Shown here: positions 44,898-53,080 of the stretch, in pieces
Numbering within the stretch: position 1 is the first letter of the stretch
Layout: each line of letters opens with the position of its first letter
Origin: Anaerolineales bacterium UBA6092
GTDB taxonomy: Bacteria; Chloroflexota; Anaerolineae; Anaerolineales; UBA4823
Direction: 5' to 3'
DNA: 64,000 nt
NCBI GenBank assembly: GCA_002428565.1
Contig: DIXA01000055.1
Span: 40,436 to 104,435, forward strand
Translations under genes and position numbers: made by a program
The notes under the pieces: model-generated
What the model was told of the DNA's origin: nothing
Database searches by the model: none
What the model saw: the letters and a program-made list of their open reading frames with translations, nothing else

Positions 44898-46691
44898 TCA
44901 GCCCTCCAACACAGGTACGAACGTAAAGCGGGTGGTATCCACCAGCCCCAGGTCTGAGATGCGCAGCTCAGGGATCACCACCAAAGCCAGCAGGCTGAGC
45001 TGCATATTGGGGTTATTCAATGTGCAGCCGCAAGCCCGGAAGCCTTCCAGCACGGTGGCGGCCTTGCCGGCCACGGTCTGAGCGTTTTCGTCAGACATCA
45101 GCCCGGCAATGGGCAGCTGCACCTGGCCGATCACCTGGCCCTGGCGCACCACCACCTGCCCGCCGCCGGCCTTGGCCAGCTCATTGGCAGCCTGGGCCAT
45201 ATCGGCTTCGCTGGTGCCCACCACGATCAGGTGGTGGCTGTCGTGCGCCACGGTGGTGCCGATGGCGCAGGGGACGGTGAAGCCAAAGCCATGCGCCAGT
45301 CCCACCGTCACCTTGCCCGTGCCCTGGTGACGCTCCACCACCGCCAGTTTGACCAGGTCATGCGCTACATCCACGCCCACCTGCCCATCCACAGCCTGCA
45401 CTTCAACGCGTAGATGACGGGTGGGAGCCTGGTTTTCGATCACGCTAATCACGTTGGCGGTTAGTTTGCCATCCCGCGGCGCGGCCAGGCGGAAATCTTC
45501 GGCCGTGAGCGGCTTGCCCAGGTGCACCGAATGCAGCGCCCAATCGGGGTATGGATAGTGCGGCAGGTTGAGCAGCATGCGGCCGTTCTCGGCAGCCAGG
45601 GCGCCGCGGGCAATGACCATCTCTGGCTTGAGGGCGGTCAGGTCACTGAGGATGAGCACGTCGGCATAGCGCCCGGGGGCGATCATGCCCACCTCGCGCG
45701 TGACGCCGAAGTGATCGGCGGTGTTGATCGTGGCCATCTGGATAGCGGTGATGGGCGGCACACCCTGTGCAATGGCCACCCGCACGGCACGGTTGATATG
45801 CCCCTCATTGACCAGCGTCTCAGAGTGCAGGTCATCGGTGCACAGGATCAAGCGCCTCGAGTCCAGGCCCATCTCCGTGATAATACGCACCTGCTCAGCC
45901 ACATCTTTCCAGCCGGAGCCGTAGCGGATCATGGGCTTCATGCCCTGGCGCAGGCGCGCCACGGTATCTTCCAGGCGGGTGCCCTCATGGTCATCTTCCG
46001 CGCCGCCCGCCACGTAGCCGTGGAAGGGCAGGCCCAGGTCGGGGGTGGCGTAATGCCCGCCAATCACCTTGCCCGCGGCGCGCGTCTCGCCCATCTCGGC
46101 GTGCATCTTCTCGTCGCCCAGGAACACGCCGGGGAAGTTCATCACCTCGCCCAGGCCGATGATGCCCGGCCACTGCAGCGCCTCGGCCACTTCTGCCGGG
46201 CCAATGCTCGCTCCGGGCGTCTCCAGCCCAGGGGCGGAGGGCACGCAGGAGGGCACCTGCACCCACACGTGGATCGGCTGGACAGCGGCCTCATCCACCA
46301 TCAGGCGCACGCCGCGCAGCCCAAACACATTGGCAATCTCGTGCGGGTCCACGAACATGCCCGTGGTGCCATGCGGCACGGCAGCACGCACAAACTCCGT
46401 CACCGTCAGCATGCCCGATTCGACGTGCATGTGCCCGTCCAGCAGCCCGGGGCAGAGGTAACGCCCGGCAGCGTCGATCACCTTCGTCTTTTCGCCAATG
46501 GCGTGCGAAGCGTCTGGCCCCACATAGGCGATGCGCTCGCCCAGGATGGCAATATCGGTATGGGGGATGATCTCACCCGATTGCACGCACACCCAGCGGC
46601 CGTCGCGGATCACCAGATCGGCGGGGGCGCGGCCCATGGCCACATCCACCAGGGAGCGAGTCAGCGCAGCATAATCAAATTGGGTCATCAT
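44898..46691 (-). CDS. ade: Adenine deaminase (amidohydrolase superfamily, long AdeC/Ade type)
   Basis: 597 aa. ADLVIRDGRWV, PGLLDGHMHVESGMLT, GHY..., with the C-terminal domain typical of the roughly 600-aa adenine deaminases. Confidence 0.8.
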   Translation of the reverse strand: MMTQFDYAALTRSLVDVAMGRAPADLVIRDGRWVCVQSGEIIPHTDIAILGERIAYVGPDASHAIGEKTKVIDAAGRYLCPGLLDGHMHVESGMLTVTEFVRAAVPHGTTGMFVDPHEIANVFGLRGVRLMVDEAAVQPIHVWVQVPSCVPSAPGLETPGASIGPAEVAEALQWPGIIGLGEVMNFPGVFLGDEKMHAEMGETRAAGKVIGGHYATPDLGLPFHGYVAGGAEDDHEGTRLEDTVARLRQGMKPMIRYGSGWKDVAEQVRIITEMGLDSRRLILCTDDLHSETLVNEGHINRAVRVAIAQGVPPITAIQMATINTADHFGVTREVGMIAPGRYADVLILSDLTALKPEMVIARGALAAENGRMLLNLPHYPYPDWALHSVHLGKPLTAEDFRLAAPRDGKLTANVISVIENQAPTRHLRVEVQAVDGQVGVDVAHDLVKLAVVERHQGTGKVTVGLAHGFGFTVPCAIGTTVAHDSHHLIVVGTSEADMAQAANELAKAGGGQVVVRQGQVIGQVQLPIAGLMSDENAQTVAGKAATVLEGFRACGCTLNNPNMQLSLLALVVIPELRISDLGLVDTTRFTFVPVLEG

Positions 46692-48076
46692 CTCACCTCC
46701 GTTAATCTTCGGGCAGCCCGGTTATGTGCTTCGATCAATCGCGGCAAGTCCACGGTCACAGGCTGGCCTTCCTTCACCACCATCTTGCCGCCCACCACGG
46801 TGTAATCGGCCCGCACCGGGGCGCAGAACACCAGCGCCGCCACAGGGTCATGCAGCGCACCGGCAAAATCCAGCCGGTTCAGGTTCACGGCGAAGAAATC
46901 GGCGCATTTACCCGGCTGCAGCGAGCCCAGGTCCGCGCGCCCCAGCACCGCGGCGCTGCCGCGCGTGGCAATTTCCAGCGCCTGGCGGGCGGTCATCAGG
47001 GGCGGGGCCGCTTCGCCCGAAAGCGAAGCCCCCATCAGCCCAGCGCGCACGCGTGAGGCCAGCATGGCCTGGCGCACTTCCTCCAGCAGGTTCGAGCCGT
47101 CGTTGCTGGCTGAGCCATCCACACCCAGGCCCACTTTGACGCCCGCGGTGAGCATCTCCAGGATGGGGGCAATGCCCGAGGCCAGGCGCATGTTGGAGGT
47201 GGGGCAGTGCGCCACACCGCAGCCTGTGCGGGCATACAGGTCGATCTCTTCCTTGTTCACATGCACAGAATGAGCAAACCACACGTCCGGCCCGATCCAA
47301 TTCACAATATCCATGTATTCCACCGGGCGGTAGCCAAACAACTCCAGGCAGAAGGCTTCTTCATCCTGCGTCTCTGCCAGGTGAGTGTGCAGGCGCACGC
47401 CGTACTCACGCGCCAGCGAAGCGCTGGCGCGCATCAGGTCTGAGGTCACGCTGAAGGGAGAGCAGGGCGCCAGCACAATCTGCAGCATCGATCCGGGGTT
47501 CGGGTCGTGGTACTGCTCGATGAGGCGCTGCGAATCCTTGAGGATGAAGGCCTCATCTTCCACCACATGGTCAGGCGGCAAGCCGCCCTTGCTTTCACCC
47601 CGGCTCATCGAACCGCGCGAGGCGTGCAGGCGCAGGCCCACTTCGCGCGCCGATTCGATCTCGTCATCCAGCCGTGAGTCGTTGGGAAAGATGTACAGGT
47701 GATCCGAGGCGGTGGTGCAGCCCGAAAGAGCCAGCTCCACCAGCGCCGTCTTGGTGGATATGCGGATATCCTCCGGCTGCATGCGCCCCCAGATGGGGTA
47801 AAGCGTTTTCAGCCAGTTGAACAGGTTGGCATCCTGCGCCGCGGGCACCGCCCGCGTCAGCGTCTGGTAGAAGTGGTGATGGGTATTGATCAGCCCGGGC
47901 AAGAGCACATGCCCGCGCAGGTCCAGCACCTCATCGGCCTGGGCGGGCAGGTCCACGCTCGGGCCAACCTGCTCGATCATGCCATCGCATACAAAAAGAC
48001 CACCGCCGGGGATTTCTCGGCGCTGGTCATCCATGGTCACTAACACATCGGCGTTACGGACAAGGAGAGTTTTCAT
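46688..48076 (-). CDS. 8-oxoguanine-deaminase-like amidohydrolase (TRZ/ATZ / SsnA-related)
   Basis: ATG at 48076 (MKTLLVRNADVLVTMDD). The track ORF's N-terminal extension is rejected. LINTHHHFYQTLTR metal-binding motif, HLAET, VGLGVDGSASND. The stop overlaps the ade start (ATGA). Confidence 0.75.
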   Translation of the reverse strand: MKTLLVRNADVLVTMDDQRREIPGGGLFVCDGMIEQVGPSVDLPAQADEVLDLRGHVLLPGLINTHHHFYQTLTRAVPAAQDANLFNWLKTLYPIWGRMQPEDIRISTKTALVELALSGCTTASDHLYIFPNDSRLDDEIESAREVGLRLHASRGSMSRGESKGGLPPDHVVEDEAFILKDSQRLIEQYHDPNPGSMLQIVLAPCSPFSVTSDLMRASASLAREYGVRLHTHLAETQDEEAFCLELFGYRPVEYMDIVNWIGPDVWFAHSVHVNKEEIDLYARTGCGVAHCPTSNMRLASGIAPILEMLTAGVKVGLGVDGSASNDGSNLLEEVRQAMLASRVRAGLMGASLSGEAAPPLMTARQALEIATRGSAAVLGRADLGSLQPGKCADFFAVNLNRLDFAGALHDPVAALVFCAPVRADYTVVGGKMVVKEGQPVTVDLPRLIEAHNRAARRLTEVR

Positions 48077-48121
48077 CGGCTGTCGCTTTCTGGCAAGCCA
48101 TTGGTTTTTTGGGGGGACGAA

Positions 48122-48132
48122 TTGTCTGACAA
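48122..48132. promoter_or_regulatory. Candidate GntR-type operator O1, palindrome TTGTC-N-GACAA, just downstream of the putative -10
   Basis: TTGTCTGACAA read directly. Same palindrome as at 48167-48177. Confidence 0.45.
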
Positions 48133-48137
48133 GCGAT

Positions 48138-48166
48138 AGTTTAACAAAAAAAAGCGCAGATGTCAA
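48138..48166 (-). promoter_or_regulatory. Candidate promoter of the purine-catabolic block (minus strand: TTGACA, 17-nt spacer, TAAACT)
   Basis: Plus-strand TGTCAA at 48161-48166 and AGTTTA at 48138-48143, about 60 nt upstream of ATG 48076. Confidence 0.45.
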
Positions 48167-48189
48167 TTGTCAGACAATTGACATCTGCG
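48146..48189 (-). terminator. Intrinsic terminator after folD (15-bp stem CGCAGATGTCAATTG/CAATTGACATCTGCG, then T8 on the minus strand)
   Basis: Stem at 48155-48169 / 48175-48189. The A8 run at 48146-48153 gives U8 on the minus-strand transcript. Confidence 0.65.
48164..48180. promoter_or_regulatory. Candidate GntR-type operator O2, 17-bp palindrome CAATTGTC-A-GACAATTG abutting/overlapping the -35
   Basis: Read directly. The core TTGTCAGACAA is the reverse complement of O1. Confidence 0.45.
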
Positions 48190-48198
48190 AAATTATCT

Positions 48199-48239
48199 GT
48201 GGTGTTGGTTTTGCGGGCAATGTCCGCAAAACCAACACC
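48199..48239 (-). terminator. First hairpin after the folD stop (17-bp perfect stem TGGTGTTGGTTTTGCGG/CCGCAAAACCAACACCA)
   Basis: Read directly, 18 nt after the folD stop (48258). Confidence 0.5.
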
Positions 48240-48257
48240 ACAAAAATTAATGCCCGC

Positions 48258-49139
48258 CTAGATCTTGTTTTGGATCTTGGCGGCGCGCACGGTGTTGGAA
48301 AGCAGCTTGGCAATGGTCATCGGCCCGACCCCGCCGGGCACCGGGGTGATCCACCCCGCCACTTCTTTGGCCTCCTCGTAAGCCACATCGCCGGTCAGGC
48401 GGTAGCCCTTCTCGCGGGTGGCATCGTCAACGTGATTGATGCCCACATCGATCACCACTGCGCCGGGCTTGATCCAATCGCCGCGCACCATCTCAGCCCG
48501 CCCCACCGCGGCAATCAGCACATCGGCCTGGCGGCAGATGCCGGGCAGGTCCTTCGAGCGCGAGTGGCAGATGGTCACCGTGGCATCGCGCTTGAGCAGC
48601 AACAGCGCCACCGGCATGCCCACAATGTTCGAGCGGCCCAGCACCACAGCGTTGGCGCCCTTGAGCGGGTAGCCGATCTGGTCGATCAAATAGATACAGC
48701 CATCCGGCGTGCAGGGCACAAAGAGCGGCTCGCGGCCTTTCTGCGCCAACCGGCCAATATTCAAGGGGTGGAAGCCATCCACGTCCTTCTCGATGCTGAT
48801 GGCGCCGAGCACCCGCTCCTCATCCAGGCCGGCGGGCAGGGGCAGCTGCACCAGGATGCCGTTCACCTTGGGATCGGCGTTGAGTTCCTGCACGAGGGTC
48901 TCGACCTGCGCCTGCGTGGCATCGGCGGGCAGGCTGTAGCCATACGAGGCCATACCGGCTTTCTCGCAGGCTTTGCCTTTACTGCGCACATATGTCTGCG
49001 AGGCCGGGTTATCCCCCACCAGAACGGTTGCCAACCCCGGCTTGGGGAGGCCGGCCTCGACCATCTTGACCACATCTGCAGCCACTTCTTCGCGCAGCCG
49101 GGCCGCAATGGCTGTACCATCAATGATTTGTGCCGTCAT
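48258..49139 (-). CDS. folD: Bifunctional methylenetetrahydrofolate dehydrogenase (NADP+) / methenyl-THF cyclohydrolase
   Basis: 293 aa. [61 protein letters not shown]. Confidence 0.9.
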   Translation of the reverse strand: MTAQIIDGTAIAARLREEVAADVVKMVEAGLPKPGLATVLVGDNPASQTYVRSKGKACEKAGMASYGYSLPADATQAQVETLVQELNADPKVNGILVQLPLPAGLDEERVLGAISIEKDVDGFHPLNIGRLAQKGREPLFVPCTPDGCIYLIDQIGYPLKGANAVVLGRSNIVGMPVALLLLKRDATVTICHSRSKDLPGICRQADVLIAAVGRAEMVRGDWIKPGAVVIDVGINHVDDATREKGYRLTGDVAYEEAKEVAGWITPVPGGVGPMTIAKLLSNTVRAAKIQNKI

Positions 49140-49203
49140 AGTTCTCTCCTTGGGGGCAATTATCCCACATTTTGCATCTCATCATAACATAACAAGAACG
49201 GGG

Positions 49204-49248
49204 TTTGGGGTGTGAACGGGCGGCTTCGCCGCCCGTTCACACCCCAAA
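49204..49248. terminator. Long perfect hairpin (about 21-bp stem TTTGGGGTGTGAACGGGCGGC/GCCGCCCGTTCACACCCCAAA)
   Basis: Read directly. Partner of the GC hairpin at 49258-49281, downstream of the minus-strand gene 49315-50325. Confidence 0.55.
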
Positions 49249-49257
49249 TTCTTCTTA

Positions 49258-49281
49258 TTTCCCCGCCCTGGGGCGGGGAAA
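49258..49281. repeat. C4GC4-type GC hairpin, copy 4 (TTTCCCCGCC-CTGG-GGCGGGGAAA)
   Basis: Read directly. Confidence 0.7.
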
Positions 49282-49314
49282 GCAGAGCTTAACGGCTTTG
49301 TTAAGGCCCTACTT

Positions 49315-50325
49315 TTACGGCGCGGGCCGCGGCTCCAGCAGAGCCAGGTCGCGCAGCAGGGCGTCCAGAGTTTCCAGGGCGCTGAAGTTGCGGGCATCCC
49401 AGGCGTCGGGAATCAGGTAGATGTTATCCTCGTCCAGGCCGTGGTTGGGCAGGTACTGTACCGCCAGCCAGGCATTGTAAAGCGGCACATCTTCTTCGTA
49501 GGCAATCCGGGCGATGGACTCATTCAGGGCGTAATCCTGCTCGATGTTATCGGCCTTGGTCACCAGGATGGGCACGACGCCGTGCTCAAGCGAATACGTC
49601 ACGATCTGGCGCAGATATTTCTCAAAGGAGAGCGAGGCGTTAGGCACCCAGTTGGTGCCCATTGCAATGAAGGCGAAGGCTGGCTGGCGCAGGCGGAACT
49701 CGCATTCGAGGGGGGTTTCAGACCCATCGCACAGCTCGGGGTCGGAGAGCAGCGGCGAAAAAACGGAGGCAACCCCAAACCCGTCTTTGGCTGCCACGCT
49801 CTCCACCAGGAACGACGGGCGGAACCACTCGACGGTCTGCTCCAGGTACATGGTGTTTGCGCTGAAATAGTAGCGCTCGGTGCCATAGATGCCCAGGAAG
49901 ACATCGGGAACGCTCTGGCAGTCGCCGATGCGCGTGAAGACGTGGGTGTCGGCGCCGAGGGTTTGGCCCAGCTCGAAGGCGGTGCGGGCGCGGCCGGTGA
50001 GGGCCGGCACGATCGGCCATTGGCGCCAGTAGCGAGGCAGGAGGCGGGTGTCGGGAGTAGGCGTCAGCGTTGGCCCAACCGGGGTGGCGGTCGGCGGGAC
50101 TGTGGTCGAGGTGGGTGGGGGCAAGGGCTGCTGCGTCTCAGGGAGTGCGGTTGGAGAATCCTGGGCTCCGGCTGTCTGGCTGGCCTGCGGGGTGAGCGAG
50201 GGCTCCATGCTGGGAGAGGGGAAGGCAGTGACTCCCGCCGCGCTTGGAACAGCCTGGGGAGTGGCGGTACAGGCGGCGAGCAGGGCAAGCAAGAAAAGGG
50301 CAAGCAAGAAGGAAAGTGGTTTCAT
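49315..50325 (-). CDS. Lipoprotein with a Pro/Thr-rich linker and a possible SGNH/GDSL-like hydrolase domain
   Basis: 336 aa. Lipobox LLAAC. FTRIGDCQS (block-I-like, but with Cys at the usual Ser position) and AMGTNW (block-III-like). The assignment is tentative. 20 nt downstream of the SGNH gene. Confidence 0.5.
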   Translation of the reverse strand: MKPLSFLLALFLLALLAACTATPQAVPSAAGVTAFPSPSMEPSLTPQASQTAGAQDSPTALPETQQPLPPPTSTTVPPTATPVGPTLTPTPDTRLLPRYWRQWPIVPALTGRARTAFELGQTLGADTHVFTRIGDCQSVPDVFLGIYGTERYYFSANTMYLEQTVEWFRPSFLVESVAAKDGFGVASVFSPLLSDPELCDGSETPLECEFRLRQPAFAFIAMGTNWVPNASLSFEKYLRQIVTYSLEHGVVPILVTKADNIEQDYALNESIARIAYEEDVPLYNAWLAVQYLPNHGLDEDNIYLIPDAWDARNFSALETLDALLRDLALLEPRPAP

Positions 50326-50345
50326 GGTTATGGTTCGGATACGCT

Positions 50346-51467
50346 TTACTTAAGGATCGATTCTACGGCCCGGGCAACGGCCTCAGCCAAAAGCTCTTCA
50401 CCGGCGGGGGTCAGGTGGATGGCCTGGTTGGTAAATTCAGCCGCGGGCACGAGGTCCCAGGCATCGAGATAAGCCCAGCCGCCAGACTGGCTGGCCTGCG
50501 CCAGGGCCTGGCGATAGGCGTCGTAAGCCCAGCGCGGGTAGAAGAAATTGTAACGGATATCGCTGTTTTGTCCATCGCTGATAAAGATTGGCTCGTTGAC
50601 CACCAGCACCGGGGTGCCGCCCACCCGAGCAAACCCGGCATTAAAAACATCCCAGGCCAGGGAGTTACTAGAACCAAAGGTCTCGGGGGTAAGATCGTGA
50701 AAGGAGGCATCCGGCTCGAAATCGCTTTGGGGCGGGCCGTACTCGGCAGGGTAGGCCTGGTCCACGCCGGTGGCGGCCCACAGCGCACCGTACAGCTGCA
50801 GGCGCAGCAGGTCTGCCAGGGGGCGGCGCTGCCCGAGGAGGGTGCGGCTGTAGAAGGTGGGGCGCTCCAGGCCGGGGTCATTCAGATCCAGGTTGAGTTG
50901 GCATTGCGAGACCAGGGTCTGCAAGCGCGGCAGGTTGTGCTGGACAAGCGGGGAACTGAGCTGCTTGGAGCCCGGGAACGATTCGAGCGTAACCAGCCAG
51001 ATGACCAGGTCGGGCTGGTAGCGCATGGCCTCGTCGAGGAACAGCAGGTCTTTGGTAAGCGAGAGGGTGGGGTAACCCAGGTTGTAGAAGCGCACGCGCT
51101 GCCCCCCCACGGTGACGATTTGGCGGGCGTTCAGCCGGGCGGCGAGGGTATCTTCGGGACGCAGCAAAAAGCCCCAGGTGGACGAATCGCCGATCAGTAT
51201 GACACGGTATTCCTCCGCTTCGGCTGGGGCGGCAATCTCGTGCGAGGCGAACATGGCCTCCAACGAGAACAGGCTCAGGTTGAAGGCCCGGGCGGGGTCG
51301 TCGCCGTAGGGGAAACGCTCCCGCCCCGGGAACAGCCAGTTATAGGCTGAAACCCGGCCCAGGGCAGGGGTAGGGTTCAGCACGGCAAACAGCAGGTTGG
51401 CTAGGATGAACAAGACGGCGGCCTTAGCGAGCAGCCGGGGGAGGTTGAGGGCGGGGTTCTGGTTCAT
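50346..51467 (-). CDS. Membrane-anchored SGNH/GDSL-like acyl-transfer protein (DltD/AlgJ/PatB-like partner of the MBOAT)
   Basis: ATG at 51467 overlaps the MBOAT stop (ATGA). N-terminal TM segment AAVLFILANLLFAVL. Block I VILIGDSSTWG. The track ORF's 410-codon upstream extension overlaps the MBOAT gene out of frame and is rejected. Confidence 0.7.
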   Translation of the reverse strand: MNQNPALNLPRLLAKAAVLFILANLLFAVLNPTPALGRVSAYNWLFPGRERFPYGDDPARAFNLSLFSLEAMFASHEIAAPAEAEEYRVILIGDSSTWGFLLRPEDTLAARLNARQIVTVGGQRVRFYNLGYPTLSLTKDLLFLDEAMRYQPDLVIWLVTLESFPGSKQLSSPLVQHNLPRLQTLVSQCQLNLDLNDPGLERPTFYSRTLLGQRRPLADLLRLQLYGALWAATGVDQAYPAEYGPPQSDFEPDASFHDLTPETFGSSNSLAWDVFNAGFARVGGTPVLVVNEPIFISDGQNSDIRYNFFYPRWAYDAYRQALAQASQSGGWAYLDAWDLVPAAEFTNQAIHLTPAGEELLAEAVARAVESILK

Positions 51468-52981
51468 CTGATCCATCCGAAGAGGGCAGCGAAGGTGCGC
51501 AGTGCCAGGGCGGGATCGGGCAAGGCGAACCAGACCCAGCCCAGGGAGACGAACTGAAAGGTGAGCAGTACGCTGCCCCACTCCAGGGCCTGTTTGAGGC
51601 GCGGCCGAGAGGCCAGCCCCGCCGAACGGGGGCGCATCCAGTTGATCCAGCGGTTGTGGACGAACAGGCCCAGCCCGTGCCAGGCGCCCCAGATGGCAAA
51701 GTTCCAGGTGACGCCGTGCCACAGACCAATCAGCAGCATGGTGGTGACCTGGACGAAAAACAGGATCAGATCGGCAGAGATGGGCCGCGGGCGCGAGCGC
51801 AAGGCACGCGTGAGCGGGTTGAAGTAATAGGCACGGAACCACTGCGCCAGGGTGATGTGCCAGGAGTTCCAGAAGGCGGTCAGGTTGGGCTTGAGGTAGG
51901 GGCGGTCGAAGTTCTCGGGCAGGCGGATGCCGGCCAACAGCCCCAGGCCAATGGCCAGGTCGGTGTAGCCCGAAAAGTCGAAGTAGATGCGCCAGGAGAA
52001 GGCGTACAGCAGCACCCAACCCCACAGCGGGCGGTCGATTTGCCCGGCGTTGGCAGCGCTGAGGGCGATCAGGGCCAGGCTGTCCGCCAGGACGAATTTC
52101 TTGAACAGGCCCAGGGCCAGGCGGCTGCCGCCCGAGAGCAGGCTGCTCTGGTTGAGCGTAAAATCGCGGTTCAGGTCGCCCACAAAGCGCGGCAGGCGGT
52201 CGATCGGCCCGGCGGTATAGGCGGGAAAGAAAAAGGCGTAGATCATGAAATCCTGCAGGGGTACGGCGGGCAAGCGCCCGGCGGCGTGATCTCTCAAGAT
52301 GTGCAGCAGGCGAAAGGCCAGGTACGAGAAGCCCAGCCAGCGCAGGTCGAGGGCGGCGGCGGTAGCCGTGCTCTGCCCGGACAAGGCGCGCAAGGCGGTG
52401 GCAGCAGCCAGGGCCAGGGAGGGAGTTTTCAAAACCACCAGCAGGGCGATCAGCAGAAAACCAGCCGCACCGACAAAAAACGGCTGACCCAGGCGGCGCC
52501 TGGCGACAAAGACCAGCCCGGCAGCGGCAGCCAGGGCCAGCAGCACCTGACCGATCTCGGGGGGTCTGGAGGGGGTGAGGCAGCAGACGGGGCCCAGGTA
52601 GCGTGTCAGGGCCACACCCAACACGAGGGCGGCAACCAGGGCGGCGGCGGGCAGGTCGGGGCGCAGGCTGGTATCCGCCGGGCGGGCGGCAGCCCACACC
52701 ACCACGGCGAGTGTCAGGGCGGCGGTGGCGAGCCAGAAGTCCAGGTGGCGGATGGGCAGCAGCGGCTGCAGCCAGTAGACGGCGAGCACGCTGGCAGACA
52801 GCAGCAGCGCTTTGCGCAGAGCGGGGCGGCGCACGAGGCTGACCAGCACGAGGGCGAGGGCAAAGACGAGCAGGTGAAGGAGAGTCAAGGTTTTGGCGGC
52901 GGCGGGGGCTAGAAGCCCTGGTAGATCCACTCGGGCGACAGGCTGGCAGTGGCGATGAGCAGGGCGATGACCAGCAAGCAC
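51464..52981 (-). CDS. MBOAT-family membrane-bound O-acyltransferase (AlgI/DltB/PatA-like)
   Basis: Polytopic. LGFSYLAFRLLHILRD, FSWRIYFDFSGYTDLAIG, and the conserved His region LIGLWHGVTWNFAIWGAWHG. The start is uncertain: the track start at 52981 would overlap the small upstream ORF by 73 nt, and TTG at 52888 (MTLLHLLVFALAL...) is a plausible alternative. Confidence 0.8.
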   Translation of the reverse strand: MLAGHRPAHRHCQPVARVDLPGLLAPAAAKTLTLLHLLVFALALVLVSLVRRPALRKALLLSASVLAVYWLQPLLPIRHLDFWLATAALTLAVVVWAAARPADTSLRPDLPAAALVAALVLGVALTRYLGPVCCLTPSRPPEIGQVLLALAAAAGLVFVARRRLGQPFFVGAAGFLLIALLVVLKTPSLALAAATALRALSGQSTATAAALDLRWLGFSYLAFRLLHILRDHAAGRLPAVPLQDFMIYAFFFPAYTAGPIDRLPRFVGDLNRDFTLNQSSLLSGGSRLALGLFKKFVLADSLALIALSAANAGQIDRPLWGWVLLYAFSWRIYFDFSGYTDLAIGLGLLAGIRLPENFDRPYLKPNLTAFWNSWHITLAQWFRAYYFNPLTRALRSRPRPISADLILFFVQVTTMLLIGLWHGVTWNFAIWGAWHGLGLFVHNRWINWMRPRSAGLASRPRLKQALEWGSVLLTFQFVSLGWVWFALPDPALALRTFAALFGWIR

Positions 52982-53031
52982 AATGCCAGGGCGAGGAAAT
53001 TTTCGCGGGAGAGGAGTTTGCGCAGGAACAT
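52909..53031 (-). CDS. DltX-like 40-aa single-pass membrane peptide ending in W-I-Y-Q-G-F
   Basis: ATG at 53031. MFLRKLLSRENFLALALCLLVIALLIATASLSPEWIYQGF-stop. One TM helix, with the aromatic-x-Tyr-x-x-Phe motif at the extreme C-terminus, immediately upstream of the MBOAT gene. Confidence 0.6.
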   Translation of the reverse strand: MFLRKLLSRENFLALALCLLVIALLIATASLSPEWIYQGF

Positions 53032-53080
53032 AGAGAGGCTCAGTTTGGTAGTGTCCAACACGGGGTAACCCGGATCATCT

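Noticed and set aside
51468-52697. Upstream 410 codons of the 783-aa track ORF 50346-52697
   Set aside because: This part overlaps the MBOAT gene in another frame and is Pro/Arg/Gly-rich nonsense. The real gene starts at ATG 51467 (ATGA overlap with the MBOAT stop) with a TM helix and a GDS block.
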